A stretch of DNA of 64,000 nt from positions 2,852,001-2,916,000 of the forward strand of contig JAYWIR010000004.1 in the NCBI GenBank assembly GCA_036172245.1. The letters run 5' to 3'. Shown here one piece after another: positions 53,201 through 64,000 of the stretch. Numbering within the stretch: the first letter of the stretch is position 1; every line of letters begins with the position of its first letter. A model generated the notes under the pieces. That model was not told the origin of the DNA and made no database searches. It saw nothing but the letters and a program-made list of their open reading frames with translations. The DNA is from Raillietiella orientalis. Its lineage: Eukaryota. Position numbers and translations under genes: made by a program.

Positions 53201-56200
53201 TCTTTATCCGTACGTTTTAGGAGGAAAAAAGTCAGCAAATAAAGCGAAAATCAAATTTCGTGCTTCAAATTTGCTTTTAAAACAATACTCTCATTCCGGT
53301 TTTCATTTGAAAGCTTTGATTTTCATTTATTCATCCATTTATCCAATACTGTGTGCATCCATGTTAGCTCGTCCGCAATTCGGAGCTCACGAAGCTCATA
53401 ACGAATGCAAGCGATAGCGACTCACGTTTCTAAACTGGAAGCTGAAAAGCGGGAGATTGTATACACGCAATCAGACAGTCTGGGAATCGAATGGATGCAC
53501 TGTCAGAGACGGCCAGACGCATCTCCCCGGAAAAGCGAAAAAGCCAGTGAAGGAGGTTCAGCTGGAATGGCTACTCTCTGAATCGAATGAACATACAGAT
53601 ATGCATACAGAAAGATGAAGAAAATGGTGAAGAAAAGGGCGCGACGAAGACCGAACAAAGATCGCAAGATGATACTGGGTGAACCAGCATTTTTTTTCTT
53701 TCTGTCCCCTGCTGCCAACTCTGGAAAGACCGAGTTTTCCTTTCCCATTCCGCATAGCACTGCCTGCCGTTGCCCGGGTGATGTCTTCGCGCCTATCGAT
53801 CTGCATTTCAGAGTGTGACGCGACCTCTGAAGGAAGCGGCGGGCGACTCCGTTAAGATGGCTCTGAAGAGACGCGACAGGACGGCAGGCAGCAGCACGCG
53901 TGCCCTATTTCTCGGGTGGGAAAAGGGAACTAGCCACCTCCTACAGACAGCGCACAGTGGAACAAAGTGCTGCACGGTCGGTCCACTCTGACCAATTCGT
54001 CTCTCAGCGGAATTTTCCCCCAAGATCGCTGCTCGCGGATAGGTGTTTCATTCTGCTCGGAAGCTTCTGCAACTCGGGTTCGGTCGGCCGACCAGCCAGG
54101 CGTTCCTGGAGCGGTTGGCCGTGGGGCACGTCCTGGTCACCGGTCCGTGCAGAGAGAACTCTCGAGGTGGCACGGGAGTCGGCCGTCGTCTCGGTGCCGA
54201 CCGTTCAGATTCGCTCAGTGAAATTACCTGTTGGCGCCGCGAGGATCATTCGCGCCACAGGGCATGTCCTCCGTTGGTCACCATCGTGATGCCAGTCCTT
54301 TTCAACGGAGATCACATGCGGTTCGCGGGCCTCCGCTTCGTATACGCGGCTCAATTAAACCTAAGGCCAGTAAGAGCCACACCCATTAGGAACGGTATTA
54401 ACCGCGTGTGCAGGAGATGCTTCTGGAGCTTCGAAGACACGGTTTGCGCGCAGGGTGTCTCGTGCGCAAACTCCCTTTGATGGCCAGAATCGCAGAAGAA
54501 TCCGGACTCAGTCACAGAGTCCACTGCTTTGCATCTTTCCGGTATTGTTTTGCATACACAGTACACTGATCCTCAAGGAAAGCAGGGTCTCCCGGTGTTT
54601 CGGACCAGTTTGTGGCTCATTTCGGTGAGATGTTTCGAGAAAGCTCTGCACACAGGGTGATCTCTCTGTGTCTCCTTCGATCCCTTTTCAATGAGCGCAG
54701 TTTCTTCAGTTCTAGAGTTCGTTTTGCGTTTGCCCCACTGTTTATGTAGATCCCTTTTGATTCGGCATTCCCTCAGTGGGATCAGGAGCTCTGGAGCGGG
54801 ACGAATGACAAATCACGCAGCCAGATGAACTTGCTAAGCATCATGCACATCGTGGGGTAGCTGGCAAGGCAGCGCGCCACTCGTGAACCGAAGCTCCTTC
54901 TGAAAGTGTTCAGCAGAGTAGGGACAAAGGACACGGAAGCAGTCGCCGTACAAGAATGAAGGCAAAGGAAAGGAAAGTTAGTTTTTCGAGAGGAACACAC
55001 ACCAGCACACATTTTCAAGATTGAAATTCCTTTATAGTAAAGTGAGAACTTGGCAGGCGAAGAAACGCTTGAGAATCTACAGACTGCAAATAGGAACTGT
55101 AAGAGGAAAGTGAATGCAGAGATGTGTCTGCCACATTGTGGCGTAGATGGCACAATGTGGCAGACATCTTGTTTTACTCAAACACGAATGTACGGCGACA
55201 AAGTAAAAACAAGTACAAGCAGGGAGTATCTGGTAACCAGCAAGAACGATCGAAATGAAGTCACATAAAGTTGAAATCGATTCTGCAGCTGGAATTCGGC
55301 AGGATTGATTTACAGGACGAGGAAGCAAGAAAAATGTGCGTGAATTTTTCAAATTTCACACACCGAGGAAACTGTCCGTGCACGTGCTCTTTGATCTGAA
55401 GATCGAAATGGCGTGAACTCACGGCAAAAAACTGAACTTGGAGAAATGTTGGCTGTCGAGCAGTCAGATTAATATTCGTTCTTCTCCTGACCATAAAGTG
55501 AGCTGTCTTTCTTCTTTTACCTTTTTCATCTGCCGACAAGCTATTCGTTCAGTTGAGACGTGAGGAAAGCAACGTGATTTGCGTGTATACTTGACACCTC
55601 ACAAAAAACACGTCATTTCAAAGTATAAAAAGTATGGCTTTTTGTGTGGATTGCACCACGTGGCATTGTCCACGCATTGGGAGCCTGAGTGGTTTGCGAT
55701 TGTGAGGAGGAATGTTGCGTTTTTGAGGCTGAACTCCCAAAACCTGCTCCTAAAAAGGAGCTACATTCGAGAGTTCTCTGTTTTAGACGTAGACTTTTTG
55801 TGTTTCTAACATTTCATTTATCTACTTTTATTTTTCTATCAAAAGAGTTCAGAAGCGTTGCGAAACCAAAATGCAAAACGAATCAACGAACATCTTTGAT
55901 ATGAAAAAAAAAAAAGAATCAATGTGTAATCAACGATTTGTTTTTGTTTTTTTCGTTATAAATTTTAGATGTACCAATCAATATACACCCACTTAACTTG
56001 CCTGATTTAGAGTATCTGTTGACAAATGAATGCATACACAAATGTTAAATCCAACCGATAAAGTTTGAATGGATACGTAATTGGATATAATTTCCAATGC
56101 ATTAGAAATCAAAAATTGTCAACTGTGAATTGGATAATTCCATAATAATGTTCTATTTTTGCAGTGAGTAATTTCACCAAAGGAAAACACATGGTCAATG

Positions 56201-59200
56201 TGTTGAACAGGACTGGTGTTCATTGTGCTGTTTACGGCAATCATGATTTTGGTGAGTTTTCCTGATGCATTGGTACGTTGGAGAGAGCTTCCTACTTGGT
56301 TATGGTCACATTTCCTTGTTACTCTTGCAAGTTTCTGACGCAATAAGAAGAAATGTGAAAATTACGTGCATTTTATAATGAGATTTTCCTTCACATTAAG
56401 CTTGTTTATTTTATCCTTTCAAACTACTCTTTCGATGTTCTCAGGAAGTGAATAGGAACGTGTAAAGTTGAGTTTTCGGCATCTCGAAAATTAAGCGGCC
56501 AAAACAAGCTTCATTAAGCACGCCGTCAAATTTGATTCCTGCTGCCTTTTATCTTTTAGATTAGCAAATTACTCTTAGTCAACTATTTCCCATTTGATTA
56601 ACAGTTGCCTTCTGGAACCGGTTAATGTGATTTGGCATGACAGAATGCCATTAGCCGAATTTGAGAATTTTTTGCTGTATTTGCAGGTGGTGATAATGTA
56701 GCTGAGCTATTAATATTTATATTTTCCTTATATAATGGGTTTCTCTTTGTCAATCTATTTCTTGTATCCAACACGTTTTCCATGTGTAAATCGTAATTAT
56801 CGATTTTATGTTTAGTTTTAGAATATATCGGCATTTCTCTTGCAGAAATCAATAGGCATCATGGATACTTACTGACCAGTGACAAAAAATCTTGCAGACT
56901 TTTGATTGATTCGTTACTATCAGATTCTATTGCTATTAGAAAACTCAGTATTTATCACTCTCACATCAACATTATCATTATCGCTGAAGTCGAATTCTAC
57001 CGATTTTCCCAAATGCAGCTAATTAGAAGTGATATGTGATGCCTGATTTATGATGATGTGGCGAAAAATGTGTCAAGGTCCTTTTTGCTTGTGTAACACT
57101 GCGTTGTTGGGGATTTTCTCTATGGGCTTCTTGCCCACCCTAGGACTTACGTTCTCGCAGCAGGAGCACCATGACTGGACATGTCTTGGGTCGCTCTGCA
57201 GTATTTCGAATCCATCGAACATCCCTTGTGTTGATCCGTTTCCTAAAGCCGGAATTTGTGCCAAGTCATTCTCATTGAAAATCGCTCACGAATTCCAAGT
57301 TCCCAAAGACTTCAGAGCGTTTCTTTTGTATTCACTTTTGCCACCTGAGTTCAGATGAGTTGGAGTTGCGTTTCTTGATATTTTTCAAATGGATATCCGA
57401 ACTTTACACAGATAAGGGACGTGTTCGTTTACGTGTAATTTCATTGTTATGTAGTAGTAGTAGTAGTAGTAGTAGTAGCTATCGCTATTTGTTACTAACT
57501 GCAAATTCTCTGCGAGTTTTCTTAAATAAAGATCACTACCTCGCCGAAGTGATCAGACGATCTGTACCAGAAAGGGAGTTTCGCAGAAACCAACAGGCAA
57601 CCAAACAAAAACACATCATTCGGGCATTTTATATTGCGGCACGATGAGTTCTGAAATACGGAACTCTTGCCTACAAATCGTAGCTCCGCACGCTAGTGTT
57701 TGATACACAGAAAATGCAATGTTTATGAAAAGCAAAGTGACTCGTAGCAACTCGTGCGGATGATAGAACACAAGAATCAGGATCTCCTTCGAGTACATCA
57801 CGCGTTTTTTTTCCCTGGTCAATAACGTTTCTATATTCTATTCGTGCAACCTGAGAAACGCTTTCCAAGTTCTCTTTCTTCCGTCGTGGAATAGCGTTAG
57901 TAGTATCGAAGATTGCCTAGTATGACTTGCCTGCGATACTTATTCCCTGGAGACGACCGTTTTTTCGTTTTCCTTCTCGTTTGATCTTTTGCTTTCCTCT
58001 CACGTCCAACGGTACTGCGTTCCATCTGGCCTTGGGTATTGATGATATCCTCTAGACTGCGTTGTTTGCATACCTGTCTGCGTTGCACTTGTCGAAGTTG
58101 TCACTGGTCATTTCTTGCACCAGCTCCAATCACCAGTAGCATTAGGTGCTCCATGTCATGCACTGAGATGCTCAATCTTTGCCGGAATCACATGCGTGAA
58201 TTTCCAGGAAACAAAAAAAGTTTTGAAGAGTTTATATTTTGATCTTTGTTGCTGTAGTTGTGATGCTTTCTATGTGTAATGGATTTTATGTTCAAAAGAG
58301 CAAACATTGACAGTAAAGCCTGCCAAGTCTCCCGTCAGTATTTCATTCGAAAATTCTCCTGGATTTTGAATAGGAGACACTTCAGGACAAATGACTCTTT
58401 ACTTTGGTACACCGCATTGTTTATCACCCACGCGTCAGTGTTCAGCTTCACTGCGTATTCGGAATTCTCCGCTCTCGATCTGAGACGTTACGAAAACCTT
58501 GATGTTCGACCAGATCGCGATCTTGGGTGCCGTCTGATTCCTTCAGTTCTGGAAGTGCGCTTGATCTCTACCCCCTCTAATCTTGATCACGTTCCGAGGT
58601 GCCCTCCGCTGCCGTGGCAAACGCCACCGGGACGGATGAACACAGGGAAGCAAGATGACCAAGTACACTTCACGAATTGAAGGAATATCCCTCTCCTTGC
58701 GTGAAGTGTCGCAGAACTAAAGGAGTAACAAAACATTTGTAATTAATGATGATGCGTTTGGCAATCAGCCAAGATCCCGTGCCCTCTCCCGCTTATCGGT
58801 GAAAGGCGGTCACGAAACGTTAGAAAGGGCACCTGTTCGTCTGTACTCTCAAGGAATGCAGCGCAGTTTCTGCTTGCAGATTTTGGTCTCGAGGCCCTGA
58901 CGGAGATCCGAGAGGCTTCATCGTTTGACTGGCTCATATCAAACGTTGTCGATAACGAGACCAGCGAACCCATAGCTGAGGGAAAAGTGACCTGCATCCT
59001 CGAAAACAATGGGAAACGACTCGGTCTGGTAACTGCAATGTCCACTCACTTTTTCTTGCTTGTTGAGGATGGCGCGAATCCTGTCCGTGCCCTGCGTAAG
59101 CTCCTTGTCCTGCACCAAAGTACTGGTGTGCTTCCTTTGCAGAGGGCATGCAGGTGCTCATGTTCCTTTCCTGAACTCTTCAAGAACTCTGTTCCCCACC

Positions 59201-62200
59201 GTGCCGTGAACAGCGAATCATTCAACTTTCAAGGGTTTTTGTGAGATGTGAGGGGGAAAGGGAGTTGGAACGGATAGCACTTTGAGTCTGGTGCGATTCC
59301 ACTATTCTTTCGAAATTTTCTTTTGAATGCGTCCAGCCATCATTCCTTAGAGTCTTCAAAAATTTCCGTGTTGACTGGATGTTCTTCGAAGATATGGCCG
59401 ACGAAGATACCAACGCTGGCGCCGTCTTCTCAGAGCCTCTCATGGAATAGCAAAACTGCTCGAAACCTCCGCATGGTCGCTTCGAGTCGCTGTTGAAGCG
59501 ATGGGAGCGTGGTGGAAAGTCTCACAAAAAAGGGGTGCAGCCCATTGTTGGAGGGACTTCACGAAACACTGTTTCAAGTTAACCCAGAAATGGGTTAAAC
59601 ATTCTCTTCTACGGACGGATGAATGTGTAGGAGAAGATCTCAGCCCCTCACAAGTGCTTCTTTGCACGGCATTGTGCCTTTGTTACTCTTTGCAGACAAG
59701 GTGATGCATCCTCTTGTGCTAAGACAAAGGGGCAAAGACGAATCATCTCTCACCAACGACGAAGAAATTTGGAGGACTTTGTTCACGTTGACGATAGGAT
59801 CATCAGCGATACGCGAGTCTGCCCTTTGGAGGAACGGACGCCGGCAAAAGACGAAGTCAGAGGCATAAGCGCTGAAGCATTTGTCATTTAGTGATGTCGA
59901 GGAGAATTCAACGGTGCAGCATGATGCCGGAAGTTTGGGATTTGCAGTTCACGTGAAAAATCTACAGCATGCCTCAACTGTTTTCAAATGGCGACGAGAG
60001 GAGGCAGACAAAAAGTTGCAATGCACATTTCGCGACAAAGAGGAAGGTCGTTGTATCACTGAGATCCAATGGCAGCAGAAAATGAAGAGCCAAATCAGTG
60101 GCCAACTCGTCCTGGTTCTTTTCAGGGAGTCTTTGGCAAGCATGAACAAGCACCCGTCCTCTCAATCCATATATGTGGCTTGTAAGAAGCAACACTCTTG
60201 GACTTATGCAACGCAGCTCCTGTCAGACATGAACGGCAAGCAGGAAACATAGACTTCCGCATGCGCATCTGTCCAAAATTCTCTCTGGATTCATGCCTTG
60301 GAGGTAGATAAGAGTCAACTGCAGGATTCGGATCATGGCAAAAGAAAAAAAAACCTTTGAAGCTACGAGTTACGTCGAGAATGTCGCATTTGTGGCTTTG
60401 GTGACTACGAGTTAGTTTGGAATCCAAAATCGATCTGCTGGAGACAAAAAAAAAATCCCTAAATCTTCCACCTTTTAGGCAACGCTACGTCGTGTGTGTT
60501 GCAGTCTCCCCCCCTTTTTATCATTTCCTCTTTTCTCTGTGCAGCCTATCAACTTGATTCTGCTATTTGCGTAAAGCTTCAGCCTCGAATCTGGGTCTCG
60601 AGTAGTCTCCCATCTGGAACATTTCCTGGCAATTTCTAGAGCCAATTTGGCGGTAGAAAAGAAAACATCCAGTCGATTCGAAAATCCTTAGGAAAAAAAA
60701 GGAAGTCATGTCCCCGTCTATTTCCAAAATGCAAACAAATGTGCCAAAAGCAAATCTCGAAGATAATCTGAAGACAATCCTTGCGCTCCTTTTGGACCAG
60801 CTCGGTTTCTTAACTCTCTTGAGGGCTTCCTGATACAGATCCCTGGAGCATTTTAGTGCACTCAGGGGAAAAGGGCACAAGAGATTGATCCAGTGCCTCG
60901 GCAGTCCGGAGGTTGAGACGAAATCCTCCCTTTTGAAATGTGGAAACTAGCCTTCTCAGCTCGACCTTGTGTGCGTGAGACGATTGCTCTTTGATAGGCT
61001 ATTCGGACCGGTGGGAAGGAGGGTAGAGACAGAAGCCACCGAATCTGCGAGGACGAGTGCTTAGAAGGTCCGAAGCCTCCGCAATTCCTGCACACGGCCT
61101 CCCCGTGAGAGCTGTCCCTCTTCGCTGAGAGCTTCATGCCCGGCTAACGCCGAGGATGCATCTCGGAGTCAAGGGATAAATGTTGGCAAGGCAAGGGGAC
61201 CAGAATCGGTGCATCTTCGTCTGCTTTTCTGCAAGTCGAACGTTCACCGGTACCCTAGTTGTTGTTTTCTCCAATAGTTCTTGTAGACCCGTCTTCGAAT
61301 ATCCTTGTGTTGGGTTTGTTGCATGCCAGTGGCGACGGAGGCTCTCATGGGTCCAAGTGACAGCGATAAAATCTTCTCCTCAGATTTGTGGATGAGAAAT
61401 GAAAAGTGGCACTTTTTTACTCTTTTACATGGCGTCGTCGTACAGGATGCGTGCCATCGGTGGTCCACAAAAAGCACTTCAACATGCCGTCCATCGGTCG
61501 AAGGACAACTGCTCCTTTTTTTTTAAAAAAAAAAAATCATTTAGTGCTATTAAGATGAAAGTAAGGAGAGGGATATCTCATGATTACTGCAAGGTCGTCA
61601 AAGAGATTACTGGATCGGAAAGTGGAAGCAACAGTTACGATTAATAATTGGCTTTGTTCCATTATTGACAACTTGAATTTTCTAGAAAAGGGATTTGACC
61701 ATTGTTTTAGGGGAGGAAGGGGAAGATTCCTTGAATAAGACTTGATCTAGAAGAAGGTTATGACACGATTCCCTCTATATAATGATCATCCTTTCATAGT
61801 ACAAACCGAGCGCATCCTCGCAGATGAAGTTTTCTTCATGCTGAAAAGCTTGTTCTTCTCAGTTATGCAAATGAGGTCTTGGAGAATACGTGGAATGGAA
61901 AAAGAACACCATCTGATCAGCTTCAGCCTCAGGAGTTTCACCTGAGACAAAAGTCGTTGTTAGAGGAAGAGAATCCCACAACAGACTCTGGACGTTAGCT
62001 CCGGCTCTTAGTGCTCAGTGAAAAAAAAAGGCAGATTGAATTAAATAACGTTTGAGGGCTGTCTCCACGCGTTTCTGGATCTTCAGAGTTAGAATGTTGC
62101 CCCAGCCACCTAACATGTCCACGTGCAGTTTTTCTTGCGCCCAAAATTACTGGCGGGCGTGCCAACGCTTCTTTGCGTTGAACAGTGTGCAGAAGCCGAG

Positions 62201-62401
62201 ACCCTTCGTTGTCCGATGTATTATGGCACATGTGTTTGTGATTTTCTCGATGCAAATGAAAAAAAAAAACGTCTTTGATCCCAGATAGGCTTGGTGGAAG
62301 TGGAATGGCTGGAAACTCTGTCCACCATCAATGTAGAGGAACTGTCTTACCTGGATTTCGTGGACCAGGGCCGGTTCTTGAGCGAGGAACTGAGATCTCA
62401 G
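50246..62401 (+). CDS. 5'-nucleotidase family metallophosphoesterase (CG11883/YfkN-like), partial; exons 50180/50246-50402, 56165-56251, 58880-59028, 62285-62401; continues beyond the window
   Basis: Spliced peptide MVTIIHFNDVYNVEP..EPVGGAARF..LVLFSGDCVSPSL-MSNFTKGKHMV..AVYGNHDF-DFGLEAL..WLISNVVDNETSEPIAEG..KRLGL-IGLVEVEWLETLSTIN..YLDFVDQG; canonical splice sites, phases 1,1,0 consistent. Confidence 0.92.
57451..57478. repeat. (GTA)n microsatellite in a nucleotidase intron
   Basis: About nine tandem GTA units. Confidence 0.9.
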
Positions 62402-64000
62402 GTGAGTTCTTTTCTACCCCCATGACTTTCAAAGAGAATCGAATGATCGATGCCAGCTTCCGTGATCTTCCTCTTGAACACTGACTGTAGACGCTGGTGT
62501 TCAGATAGCTGAGAAGAGTTCCCGTGCACTGAGTTCTTTGGCTTTGTAGATCCAGGAAAGTGTGATCCAGGAAACGACATAAAATGATAGATTGTTGGTG
62601 CTGCTTTTGTCGCTTTCGCGAATCGGGAACATCCGCTGACGTGTATGACGGTAAAAAGCTGCAGGAAGAAGAAAACAGTGCTTTTAACCAAATCAGGGAG
62701 CGCAGTGGAGAAATCGGAAGTGAGTTTTCGAGCCAAAACAGAAAAAGAAAATAAATAAAACATAATTTCCACACTCGCACATTTCGAGGAGTTTCGTGAT
62801 AATCACACTCCATCAAAGATCCTGATGAAGTATGATTTCGCACATTTGGCATTCTTGAATTTGACGAAGGAATCAGTGTCGTAGGAAAGATGCGATGAAT
62901 AGACTGGTTTGGCATTGAACGAGTGAAGGACGGACTCACTTGCAAAATGATCACTAGAAAGGTAGAACATGAAACATCTGAGAGAAGAATATTGCAAAGT
63001 TTTGGGTTGGCACGAGTAGGGCTGTAGGAACCGGCGAAGATACGAAAACTGCAACTTCTCCAGCCCTGGGCACATCATCTGGAATGCACACTAGGAGCGT
63101 GTGTACGAAAATGCTGGTCGTACCGTCCCAATCAGACGCTGGCATCACGTGTGGCTTGGAGAGCTGCGAACATCCCGACTTTACGTCCATCTGAATCGAG
63201 GAGCATAGCTGCTATGAAGGCATGAGGCATGCAGAGCATGGCGGAAAGAAGGGAAGAATGGAGAGAAGAAGCGAAGGTCCGGGAGACTGCCCGCGCCACC
63301 CTCTCACTTGAAGCCAAGACGCTCACGGCAACCATACAGCCGATTGATCAGACAAGAAAGTTGCTCAGCCCTTCCCTCGAGTGTAATCAGGTGAAAACGG
63401 ATTATTCATACCTGACTGGGAGTAAAGGAAACTAAACCGGAAAGGAAGTTAACATCTATCATATTGTGACTTGTAGGCAGAATGAGCTGACTCATCAAAC
63501 AGTTCTACTGTTGAAAATCGAACAAGAGAACGCGGGAAGAAAGGAAGAATACAGATATCCCAATTGAGCATAATCCCCGGTGATCATCGTGTCCTGCACC
63601 ACTTGCTGTTAAATCCAAATCACCAGTGGCAGTAGACGCAAATGATTTCCTTTAAGTACATCTCCACAGTCGAGGAAAAGAAATGCCGCAGGCTTTCTAA
63701 CGAGGTGACGATGAACTGAGAACACAATCTGATTTCCTCTGGACGGACTGCATCTCTTTGGGGATTCGTTGACCGAGATTTGCAAGCTGGGCCGATGCCC
63801 AATGCCCGTAAAAGTAGGGAGCACCCAAAAATTCCGGTATGAATGGAAACGATGAGAAGCGGCGGCATTTAACAATTCCCCAATCCCCTCATTTGCGAGG
63901 AAAAAAACAGGACGCTTGCTCTCTCATATCATACAGAAATCCGAGAAGCAACTCGATCCACTCACCCTCACTAGAAAGCAAAAATGAAAAGGGAGAGAGG

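Overview
Eukaryotic (animal, probably arthropod-like) genomic DNA; no prokaryotic operons, CRISPR arrays, rRNA or tRNA genes were seen. A dense, AT-rich, CpG-poor housekeeping cluster with tiny introns (many 36-60 bp) holds MTG2/GTPBP5 (+), cytoplasmic alanyl-tRNA synthetase (-), DSCC1 (+), RCC1 (-), TBPL1/TRF2 (-) and GOLGA7 (-). It is flanked by CpG-rich regions with multi-kb introns: a CG11883-like 5'-nucleotidase (+, 50-62+ kb, runs off the window), and at 1-10 kb a lola-type zinc-finger exon, candidate antisense exons and a decayed piggyBac element. Main points of interest: (1) AlaRS carries an in-frame ~185-aa C-terminal GST-like (EF1B-gamma/ValRS-type) domain; (2) TRF2 and RCC1 lie in tandem 270 bp apart with no visible promoter or poly(A) signal between them, suggesting one transcription unit; (3) a U12-type intron in GOLGA7 coexists with 36-39 bp major-class introns; (4) a 3-exon orphan gene for a possibly secreted protein lies between AARS and DSCC1. 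All gene models were built by eye from translation and splice signals; 22.5-26.5 kb and 31-40 kb remain largely unresolved.
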